From: Sphaerodactylus townsendi
Lineage: Eukaryota
Length of the DNA stretch: 64,000 bases
Assembly (NCBI RefSeq): GCF_021028975.2
Contig: NC_059425.1
Span: 111,910,001 to 111,974,000 of the forward strand
Direction: 5' to 3'
Shown piece by piece: positions 1-10,881 of this stretch (position 1 is the stretch's first letter; every line of letters starts with the position of its first letter). The notes under the pieces were generated by a model. It saw only the letters and a list, made by a program, of their open reading frames with translations. It ran no database searches and was not told the origin of the DNA. The position numbers and the translations under genes are program-made.

Positions 1-2038
1 CTCTGGATCATTTGCATATCTTTGGCAGTTATGCCAATGTGCTGGTACCTTGGCGTAAAGGCGGAAGGGGGATCAGAGGTGGGTGAGATTGAGGTTTCTT
101 GGTTATGAATCTGAGACAAAAGGTTTTCGTTTTGCACATTCCTATGGAAAGGTTGTGATCTCTCGAAGTGCAAACTTTGAAAAGCATGCAGGATGGGAAA
201 CTATCCATGCTAACACAGAGGTTTTGCTACCTTTCACTCAGCATGAAGGGGTTAACAGAACTGCCAGGCAGCAGCCTGCAGCAGCTCAAGGTCAACCAAC
301 TGCTTCCAGTAGTGGCAAACGTCCAAGGAAGAAAGCTGAGAAGGGGGAAGGGCTGCAAGACAGTGACACTAGCAGTAGTGAAGAAGATGAGAAACAAATT
401 AAGGTGCCTCGTATCTCTGATAGGTCTACAAAAGGGATACCTCCCTGACAGGTATGGGTTTTCTCAAAACGTCTATGTTTGTCAAGCACAGGTATCAGAG
501 CCAAGCTCCTATAAAGAGATGTTAAAGCTACCGCCAGCTGAAATAGAGCTCTGGCGTGAAGCTATGGCTGAGGAGTATAATACCTTAGTGCAATAACAGG
601 TGTTTACCAAGACTGTTTTGCCAGAAGGAGAGGAGGCAATTGGGTCAAAGTGGGTGTTTCGGAGGAAAGAGTTGCCAAATGGTACTCAAAGGTATAAAGC
701 AAGGCTTGTCGCCCAGGGGTTTGTACAAGACCGTTTGCTGAATAATGACCAGACCTATTCTCCCACGGCACGACCTTGAGTCTTTGAGAGAGCTATGCTT
801 GCATTAGCTAGTAAGAAAGGCTTTATGGTGAAGCATTATGACTTTCAGTGTGTTTTTTTTAAATGCTAAATTGAAGGAAGCAATTTATCTGAAGCCTGCA
901 CCAGGGTATGAAGAAGGAGACCCAAATAGTGTGTATCTTTTGCATCGTTCTTTGTATGGTTTAAAACAAGCTGGTGCTAACTGGTATGATGAACTGAACA
1001 GTACATGGCTTAAACGGGGGGTTAAGAAGTCTGTTTCTGATGCATGTTTATGTATCAGGGAACTAAAAGAATCAAGAGGTCATTCTTCTTTATGTTGATG
1101 ACATATGTGTGTGTGCAAGATCTACACAACAATTTGACAAATTGTATAAACAACTCAGTGACATGTATGTTCTAAAGGACTTAGGTTTTATCAAACATTA
1201 CTTGGGTATTGATGTCATATCTACACCAAAGCAAGGTTATCTCCTGAGTCAGAAGAACAAAATAAATGAGTTGGTGCGCAAGACTAGATTGTCAAAGGCA
1301 AGGGTTGCCACAACACTAATGTCCCTAGACTTTCAGAAAGTTAGTGAAAGTGAGGAGTTCAACAATCCTGAACTGTATAAATCTGTTGTAGGTAGTCTCC
1401 TACATATATCTAACTGGACACGCCCAGATATAGCGTTTGCTGTTAGTGCACTAAGCAGAAAAGCTAGCAAGCCCAGCAAACATGATTGGGAGGGTGTTAA
1501 ACGTGTGGTTAGGTACTTAAAAGGAACTGCTGATCATGGTTTACTGATCCAGTCCACGCAAAGCACAGAGTTGCATGCTATTGCAGATAGTTCATTTGCA
1601 GACTGTGGTGACAGGTCCTGTACTGGTTTTGTCATTCAGTATGGTGATGTAGCTATCACCTGGTGTTCTAGAAAACAGACCACAATCAGCCTGTCCACTT
1701 CTGAGGCTGAGTTCTGCGCATTGTCCGAAACGTGTTCAGAACTACTTTGGGTTGAGACACTGCTAACTGAGTTAGGTGAATCCATAAAGAAGCCTATAAC
1801 CGTGTTTGATGATTCACAGACCTGCATCGCATTAGCAGAGACTGCAAACATGAAGACAAGAACTAAGTACATAGGAGTAAAGTACCAGAATGTTAGAGAG
1901 CTAGTACAGAATGGAACTATTCAACTTGCCTATGTTGAGACAGAGCGAAATGTTGCTGATGTTTTTACTAAAGCTGTGTCACAGAATAAGCATCAGACAA
2001 TGTTAGAACAGCTGAAAGTAATAAAGGTGCTGTCATAG
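1..2038 (+). pseudogene. Ty1/copia retrotransposon pol, 3' part (post-integrase SH3-like region, RT, RNase H), with frameshifts and stops
   Basis: Motifs across frames: LDHLHIFGSYANVLVP; FLGYESETKGFR..VVISRSANF; EPSSYKE..W.EAM.EEY; SKWVF..RYKARLVAQGF; LYGLKQAG; YVDD at 1091-1102; TRPDIAFAVS; STSEAEF; NVADVFTKA. The order IN-RT-RH is copia-specific. Confidence 0.95.
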
Positions 2039-2045
2039 TAGTTTT

Positions 2046-2054
2046 GGGAAGGGG
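2046..2054 (+). promoter_or_regulatory. Polypurine tract of the copia element
   Basis: GGGAAGGGG between the pol stop (2038) and the TGTT LTR start. Confidence 0.85.
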
Positions 2055-2419
2055 TGTTAGGACTTGACAGTTAGATCACCAAAATCTACTTGACAGCTTG
2101 GCTGATGCAATACTCTACCTTTCACCTAGTTTCAGTGGGTGATGCAACCGTGACTAAGCACATCTAGTGTGATTGCATCACTGCTCCCTGATTGGTTGAA
2201 TGTCTCTATATGTATATGCACAGAACAGTTTGGTCTATGCGAGCTTTGGTTATACAGTTGCTGCGCTGCACTCTGTCAGACTGTTTTGTGACTTTAGAAA
2301 CAAGGAATAAAACCCTTCTGTTCTTTGAAGTGAACAACGCCTGGGTTCCTGTGTTTTCTTTTCCTCAACTGCTTCTGCTGTTACCACGACCGCTGCTGAG
2401 TGGATCCTTCTCAGAAACA
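2055..2419 (+). mobile_element. Copia 3' LTR (end at 2419 or 2429)
   Basis: Starts TGTT directly after the PPT; TATA-like TATATGTATA near 2206; AATAAA at 2306-2311; ends ...AACA. Confidence 0.8.
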
Positions 2420-2429
2420 GCTTGAAACA

Positions 2430-3100
2430 TATCCACAGAGAATTCACAAAAGACCAAATTGCAGTTTAAACATTTTTATATAAGTTTTGGTTGCAAACAA
2501 TCACACAGTGAGACGTCAAGGCACATACACAGTTCCTAAGTATATAAACAGGGAGGAAAAGATAGGTTGGATGATAGAATGGGAGTTGGGGAAGCAGGGG
2601 ACTTATACGTTACTGAAAACCTGCAGAGAAGTTCCATAAGAAGGCAAGGATCTCTATGCAGCATAGCAACCCAAGGGAAGGACGATATATCATGTCTCAC
2701 ACCAACTTGACCAAGGGATGTTCAGGTTAGAAATGAGCATTGAGGCTGAGGTGAGCAGAACTTTTATACCCCTTTGCGCAGGTAAGGCGGGAAATTCAAA
2801 CTTAGGTTTTGTTTCTTTGCAACTGCTTGGGGTTTCCTTGCTGGACTTGCGGGGATAGCTAATTAGCAGCTCTATCTATTATCTCTACTCCCTGGGACAA
2901 TGGGGTCAATTGGTCCTAGATTATATCAGTGAAACCTTGAATGGTTTATGCAGAGGTGCTTCCTAAAGTCTCTGCCTTAAGTATTCAAATTTGGCTGAGG
3001 CTTGAGTGAATCAGGAAGGGATCATTTTGCAGCATACAGTGTAAGGAATAAAATGAAAATCCAATATTTCATAAGGCAGGGGATAAAGGCCATGCTAACA
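2430..3100 (-). mobile_element. Probable solo LTR (ERV/gypsy-like), minus strand
   Basis: Minus strand starts TGTTAG at 3100; GGTATAAAAG TATA box near 2761-2770; ATAAAA near 2474; LTR-like size. The other boundary is unclear. Confidence 0.4.
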
Positions 3101-4049
3101 CTATGCACATTAGTGTAGTATGCACATTAGTGTAGTCCATTCTAAGTACCTTCTTGAATTACCGCATCATAATATAGTCCTATTGCCTTTATAAAAATAT
3201 GTTTTACATAGCTTATGGAATGCCTGAAGTATGGGGCCCTCCAGATCTTCTAACACAGGCCATCCCTTAATGGGGGCCACAACAGGGAATCAATGTATAT
3301 GGGCATTTGTTGATCTCATCCCTTTGCAGGTAACTAAAGAAATCTCTGGCTAGATGAGAGAAGCTGTTATGATGGGGAGTAGAGAAAGAGATGTTCCTAC
3401 AGATATGAGAGTCCAATCCCATGAAGGGCTTTTTACATGATAGCTTGTAGTTTGAATTGAGTTTGATAACTGATGGGCAGTCTAATAAAGTGAATATTTT
3501 TACCATGAAACTAAATTGGGCTTCCGCAGTTCCATGGTTAAAAATGTGGGCAAATTTTCTAAAGTGATAGGCTGCTTTTCTTAAAAATACGTTGGTCTAC
3601 TTTCTGTCGTCTCACAGTTTTCACAATCACAGCAGTAGATCATTGAGTGTCTGCTTTACGCTAATAATGTGAAGTCTGTGACACGCACTTCAAAAGCCTA
3701 GCTGTTTAGAACAAAGGGAGATGCTGTGTGTGTGTGTGTCTGTAAAAGGCAGTATATTTGGGGATTAGCAGTGTTGGACAGAAACAAAGCAAATGCATTT
3801 TGATGCTTATACCATTAAAAGAAGGCATTGTTTCATGCAAATAAACAGTGATTAGTCACAAGTGATCCTGGTCAGAGACAAAGTGAAATGCTCATTATGA
3901 AAATTGTTCTAAATGCTTGAGTTGTACCATACGATTAGATTTTTTTCTCCAAGTGCAGTGTTTATCCAAAACAATGAGTTACAATAGCATCAATATTTAA
4001 ACAGTATAATTGCTGAACAATTTTTCAACTACTCAGATGTGTTCCCACA

Positions 4050-5137
4050 CTCATACATTCCTGCTGGGTGACCTTGGGCTAGTCAAAGTTCTTCGGAACT
4101 CTCTCAGCCTCACCTACCTCAGAAGGTGTCTGTTGTGGGGAAAGAAAAGGAGAGGAGTTTGTAAGCCACCTTAGCTGTTTTTGCAGTGTCAGAATATCCT
4201 GAGGTGACCATGGAAAATATCCCTGTGCAGCAGGTAATTCTGCACAATTCCCAAAGCTGCACAGGGTCTGCCCCGATGTCGCCCCGCGATATCTACCTTA
4301 GCCAGGGGTTTTCAAAAATCGCCAGTTTGGAGATTGGTTTTAAAAATTCCAGTGTGACCCTGCCTGTGCCATGCAAAAACCAATTAGGAGCAGAACTAGT
4401 TTATTTTTCCTGCCCAGCTGCCTGATCTCTGTGCCTGATGTTCATTCAAGCTACTAAAAAACAACAGCCAATCAGAAGGTGGGACGCCGGGCAAGCTCAC
4501 AGGTGCTTGCAGCTGCCACTCAAAAGCAACAGCCAATCAGAACAATCACTTGGTATATTTTCCTCAGTACAAGCTTTATTTTAAATCAGTTGGCAGACCC
4601 ATTCACTAGTTTTCTCCCTCTAACAGCAAAATCTTACTTTAAACCATTAAAAACACAGATCAATTTCTTCCATTCCCACAGTACATCCACAAAAAACACA
4701 AATCGGAAGAGACAAAGTTTATTTTTCCCACCCACCCACCCGATCTTCATTCAAGCTGCCACTCAAAAACAACAGCCAACCAGAACGCAGGACGCCAGGC
4801 AAGCTCACAGGTGCTTGTAGCTGCCATTCAAAAACAACAACCAATCAGAACACAGACACTGGGCATGCTCAGACATGTAAATTCAGAAGTCTGGCTCGTG
4901 CAGAGCAAACTGGAGCATTTCCTACTCTGCTCCTGGGCAGAAGCGGGGAGACGTGCAAAGGGAGAAACTGGGATTTAAAAAGCTCCAGGGTCTCCTTACA
5001 GGAGAGAAAGGTGGGGTATGAATCCAAACTCTTTCTCCTCCTCTTTGACCTCCTCTTTGACCACCTCCTCCTCCTTCCTCCTCCTCCTCCTCCTCCTTCT
5101 CTTCTTTCTCTTCCTCCTCTTTCTCCTCTTCCTCTTC
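4050..5137 (+). mobile_element. Gecko-type tRNA/CORE-like SINE (Squam3-like) 3' part, split by an ~815-bp insertion, with CT-rich tail
   Basis: gctgggtgaccttgggctagtca...gtaagccacctt (to ~4172) resumes as gtctccttacaggagagaaag...aatccaaactct (~4989-5035), then a (CCT/CTT) tail; same family as 50635-53770. Confidence 0.8.
4172..4987. mobile_element. Unclassified non-autonomous insertion (possibly Harbinger-like) with internal direct repeats
   Basis: Interrupts the SINE; 4435-4550 and 4742-4870 repeat each other and contain four AAAAACAACAGCCAATCAGAA-like units. Confidence 0.45.
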
Positions 5138-7901
5138 AATTTCTATTTCTGTTGAGCAGGTTACTATGCCCTATTGGAATGATATCTAGTTGGGTACATC
5201 CTTAAGTTGTGGAAGAAAACTGCAAACTGGTTGTAAGATGTAACACTATACCTTTTCCCATTGAAAGATCTAATTGTGGTCAGTAATTCTTCAGCAGAAG
5301 AGAGAGAGTAGTATGCTTCCACCGTTAAAAACAATCCCCTGATGTTTAGGGTGGGATAATGTTGGAGGAGACTTGGGAGGGCTGCTGCTGGGCCTGGTGG
5401 GGGAGCAGTAGCTTGCTGCCATGCCACACTGAGCCTGGCTTGGTGTTTGGGGTGGGGGAGGGTTGGAGAGGGCTTGGGAGGGCTGGTGCCGGGCCCAGTG
5501 GGTAGCGAGCAGCTTATATTCTTCCTGGGATTTTTCTGGGCATGAAACCAATTATTAACATCTCATTTTGACAGTGAATGGTAGGTCTGGTTCACTTTGA
5601 CTGGGAAACTCTGAATCTATGAGAAAATACAAATGTTGGCAATTTTCACAGGAAGCCTGATATGCAATTCTAAGAACCAAATTTAATTCATACCTACCAG
5701 CAAATAAAAGTTAGAACCTAAAGGAATTCATCAGTGAACTATACAGTGTATGTGTAAATTCACTGCAGAGTGGTGCACGAGAAAGAGGAGTTTGGAATCT
5801 CCCAGGATTTGAAGCTAGTGTTTCAATTTCTTCACCAAACCCAAGGTTCCTTCTGCGCACTCATTTAAAAATCTCTTACGAAGTAGATGTGAAATATACC
5901 TGCTAAATTCCCAGCTTGTTTCAGACTCCCAACACCAAGTAGATACCCTTTACATAAATGGTTTGTGGTATTGCGCACCTTATAACCAAGAGGGAATTTT
6001 CATGAAATTTGGCTACATTTCCTTATGCAGATAATTGCACTGATTACTACTGAGATGAATAGGAGTCACAGGTGCACACTGGGATGGATTTTGCCATTTC
6101 ATAGAGCAAAGTTAAATAGCCTTTGTGCTTTCTTTAGAGAAAGGCTTCTGGGCAGTCGTTGGATCCACTCAATCAGTTCAAGTCGAGGACTATTGATGTT
6201 TGATGAAGGTTGGACTAGATCCTAAAAAGGATTGTCCCTGAGGAAGCTGGAAATCTTACGTGATCTGATCTTTCTATAGTTGGGCAAAGACCTGAAAGTG
6301 GGAATATATACTAAGTGAATCAATACATACACTATCTCCATAAAGAATTAATTTCCCTCCCAAATCTTCTTGCTTTGTTTTGTTGAATATGGTTTTTCTT
6401 TACTAGGTTGGTACTTTGATAAACACAGAGTTAACCAATAAAATGTATGCAGTGGCTGCATTGGTAGCAATAAAGGAGCTCTTTGCTGCATATAAGATGT
6501 CTGGATTGGATCTGAATGATTGGGGGAATCTTTTGGTGCAGTTGAAGGCCCATACAGGTTTATTTCAGCCTTTTTGATTCTTGAGTGATACACACATAGG
6601 AGCACTGTATTAAAACTAAAGTCAAAAGTTAATTTAGTGTCGAAATTAATTTTAAGAGATGCATATAAATCAGGTAGGCAAATGTATTTTAGAGTACAGT
6701 TACAAAAATAACTTTGAAGTATGTACTATTAGCATGTAGCTTGTACAATCTTTTAACTTGGCAGAGGCATCAATTGCCTCTCTGTATAAGCACTTTATAT
6801 AAGCACTCTGTATAAGCACTTTTCTATAAAATATTCTTTCTCTCTTCCATGCCAAATGCACATAAAGAGCAGTTCAGTGCCAGATGCACATGCTATGATG
6901 CAAGACACAAGTTCACAATGGCCATCCCTGTGTAAAGTTCATCTTCATATAATATCAGTTTAATTTTTTCTCTCGTTATTACATCTGCTAAAGTTATTCA
7001 TCCAGTGAAAACTTAATGTTCCTTGCCAATGTATGACTATGATTAATTTTATGACAATAATTAATCAGCAGTTCTGCTTAAGTTGGCAAATTGTCATCTA
7101 GATAACCTAAAAGAGAAACTTTTGGGGGCATCTGATACACAAGAATTAACATTTTGTCCATTACACAAATACCCCTTCCCCAAAGTTGAGAAATACTTTT
7201 ATTGTCTATGCAGCAATTTGAGTTCTCGTTATTTTAGTCAGAAATTAAAATATCATCTTTACGGGAGCTTGAAATAGGCCTCAGATTTCCTTGCTCTTGT
7301 AACCTCTAAATATTCACATCTAGCTCAGTGCTAGTGTTGTATTTTTTAAAAGGGCTTTATTCTCAGTGTCATGGAAGAAAATTTTTTTCCTGTCCTTTAG
7401 GCATAATTTTGGTCTATCTAAAAGTAATATGCATGACTTGGGTCTCTCTATAAGAGCTTAACTACCTGGTATGGTCTTTTGGACAATGCCTTTCAGAGTA
7501 ATTATTGTTTTGTATATTTTATATCTTGATATCGCTATATGTAATGAGGACCAATTAGATCTGCATTTGTTTTTGAATGCCATTAAAGGTTTCTGATTTC
7601 CGAACAAGTTTAAAGAAATGTTATACAAGAAATCCATGAAGAGTATATTGCAATATTGTAGCCTTGAGGTTACAGAAACATGGAATGCAATGCTAAAGTG
7701 AGTGGAGATGAGGAAGAAAGACAGTTCTTGCAGCATGGATAACTGTTGAGGCCTTTAAAAAAGCATTCTGGGTAGAGTTCCCACAGAACTTGCCCCCAAA
7801 TGCCTCTAATCTGTTTCTATTTGCTGCTCAACTTGCTGTTGTAACAAACAAAGCTGAATAAAAACCATTAATTACAGATGAAGCCCACAGTTTTCCAAGA
7901 G

Positions 7902-8055
7902 TACGTATTTACTTGTGTATAAGTTGACCCGCATATAAGTCGAGGCACCTAATTTTACCACAAAAAGCTGGGAAAACTTAATTGACTTGCGTATAAGTCG
8001 AGGGTGAGAAATGTAGCAGCTACTGGTAAATTTCAAAAATAAAAATAGATACCGT
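7902..8055 (+). mobile_element. Tc1/mariner (Tc2/pogo-like) non-autonomous end fragment
   Basis: TACGTATTTACTTGTGTATAAG terminus with repeated TATAAGTCGA subterminal motifs. Confidence 0.45.
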
Positions 8056-10240
8056 ATATCTGGATACTTTGGTTTAAAAGAATCATTAATTATATGGGAT
8101 ATGAATTCAAACTTGAATTCAAACTAACAGCTTGCCCCTGAACAGTAGAGCCCATGTAGCTTCCTTATAGTTGCTATACAGCCCGCGATGAAATATTTCA
8201 CTATTTAAATTAATGGGGATATGAGCCAATTTATTCCAACAAGGGGAAGTCCTCATTAAATTCCTTGTGGCATTGTTAATTTACCATATAGAAAGCTAGC
8301 TGTCCTAGTGTGTGTGTGATAAAACTTTCTGGCGGCTTGGATTTCAGCAACTGAAGCAATTCTAAAAATGCTGTAAATAAATAATGTACTCTCACTAAGT
8401 ATAGTCATAGCGCATTACAGGGGTTTTTTTGGGGGGGGGAGGTTTGGGTGGTGTGGAAAGGAGGAAAATGTGTAAATTCACCTATTGCCTAAATTCTCCC
8501 CATAGCCAAAACAGGCTTACACCACACTCCTAGGAATGTCCTGGCCTGCCCCCTGCTCCACCCATGGGAATACCCCACCCCCTGCACCAGCATCTTCTCA
8601 GATGCCAGTGTAGCTCCTTGTGGTATCCACTTCCAAGTATGCCCATTGCAGACCTGTGGGGTGGCTGGATACCAGCATCTTTGCTCTCCCTGTTGCTGTG
8701 GGTGCCCATTATGTCAGCAGAGGGGGCAAACACTTCAATACAGTGCTCCACTGCTCCTAAAGCCCATTTATGCCCCCCTCATCTGGATTGGGCTGTTAGT
8801 AAGCCATGTCAGTATAGGTCTGGAACAATCTCTGAGGTTATAGTTGATATAGAACTCTCAGCACTAATGACTGAAGGATGTCTTGGCAGACCATGGGGGG
8901 ATTAATATGATTGGCTTTGAGATTATGAAGAGCTGAGAGAATGTTGTTGTTTAGCAATCTATCTACCCTACAGAATCCTACTGTACAGTTCTCTTGGACT
9001 GCATGTTAAAATTTAGATGAGGAATTATATATAATGTGAATACATAGAAAGAAACCATTGCATATGAAAGTACTATACTAAATTTCTCTTGCAGTGTGCT
9101 GCAAGACATTTTTGTGTGAAGGATTCCCATCTACAGTATGATGTTGTACATTGGAAATGGTAGCCTTGAGTTACTGAAGCATTGCTAATTCCAGATCTCG
9201 CAAGGTTAACGTGGTTTCATTTAGATAAACTTCCAGTTTCATTATCCATCCCATGGATGTCACCTTTTAATGTCTGGACACTTCAGCCTTTGAGTTTTCT
9301 GGTGGTGGGAAGACTATAGGTAATACTGTTGAAAGCTGTACCATGAATGAAGAAAAGTTTTGAAAAACAATTCCACTATCCAAGTTCCATGATGGATCTC
9401 TGTTATTGAGGACTGTATGTGCATCTATCACATTCATATTCAGCTCTTCTTCCAAGGACCTCAGGGTGGCATTCATGAGTTTCATTCATTTTTGACTGAT
9501 AACTGCTCTTTGATGTAGAGTGTGTGACTGGCTAAAATCATCCATTAATGTCTGTGTCTGGGGAGCTGAACTCAGATTCACACATTCAGCACTCTAGTCA
9601 TTCTGTGCACATTATCAACTTTTATCTAGTAATCAGGACAGACCTTTCCTGTTTGCCATCCCTGCCTTTTGGAGTCTCTTCAGTTCCCGTGACACATTTC
9701 TATACTCTCTTCTACAAAAGGATGACAGTAAATTTGTATATTAATTGGCCATTTCTTGGATCTTCTTTGTAGTAGACTGCTCTGCAGGGGTTCTAGTTCC
9801 TACGTAGAACTAGGTAAGCACCAGGACCCCTGTGGAGTATTCTGCTTCAAAGAAGGTCCAGGAACTGGCAGATTAATATACAAACTTACTTGTCATATTT
9901 TTGTGGAAAAGAACATAATCACATGCTAATTCAATAACAAGGCTTCATTACAGCAGTTTTTTAAAAAAATGGTGGAAGGGTAAAACGATTTGAAGGATTG
10001 CCTGAAAAATATAATTTTTAAAATGCAGTTCTTAGTAAGATATTGTTTACCTGGTGAGGCAGAAAGACCTAAGAACAGGAGAAGCCACCTGATTGCCTGT
10101 GGCCCCTGTACTCTGATTGGGCAAGTAACTGCATAATGCACAATAGGGAGGAGCATTGGAGATACAACAAGCTGAGTTACAACGAGCTGAGAGGCTTTTG
10201 GTATTTTGAGTTCCTGACATGAACATCTATCTGTCCTTGC

Positions 10241-10881
10241 CAGTACCCCTTGTCCCCGGGCGCCACACTTCTGGTCACGTGAGGGCGCAAAATCGGCCTC
10301 CCAGGTGACCTGGAAGTCCTGCTGTCTCGTCGTTTTCGCGTGCTTCGACCCCGTCCGGAGGCATGCAAAAACGAGGAGACAGCAGGACTTCCTGCTGCCT
10401 CCAAGCACCCTCAACCCCACCCTGGACATCCCCTCCCTCCCCCCTCCGCTGGGCTCCCAGCCGGCAGCCTGCAGTATCTTCTGACCTCCCCTCCGGGCAG
10501 GCCAGAAGAGACTGTAGTCCTGGCCTCGGAGACCTTCTTTTGTAAGCATTGAGGCCAGGGGGGTGGGGCATGGGGAGCAGGAAGGGGTGGGACTTACTGC
10601 TCCCCAAGCCCCACCCCCGGCCTCAGTGCTTCTAAAAGAACATCTCCCAGGCCGGGACTGCAGTCTCTTCTGGCCTGCCAGGAGGGGAGATCAGAAGAGA
10701 CTGCAGGCTGCTGGCTGGGAGCCCAGCCAGCAGGGGGAGTCTGGGGGGGGGAGGTGGGCACCCTAGACCTTGCCCATGTCCATGGTGACGTGGGCGGGGT
10801 CAAGGGCAGTGGGGGGTGGAGCCTGGGGGCATCCTGGAGACAATTTGTCTCAGGGCGCCATTTATCCCTGGCATGCCTTTG
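10241..10881. mobile_element. Non-autonomous hAT element with internal palindromes
   Basis: 8-bp TSD GTCCTTGC at 10233-10240 and 10882-10889; CAGT start; GCATGCCTTTG end; shares the TGTCCCCGGGCGCC subterminal motif with the 50877 element. Confidence 0.8.

Noticed and set aside
5164-5551. Minus-strand ORFs of 86-87 aa with a protein-like stretch (AEELLTTIRSFNGKRYSVTSYNQFAVFF)
   Set aside because: Short, no recognisable motif or splice context; cannot be distinguished from chance without a database search.
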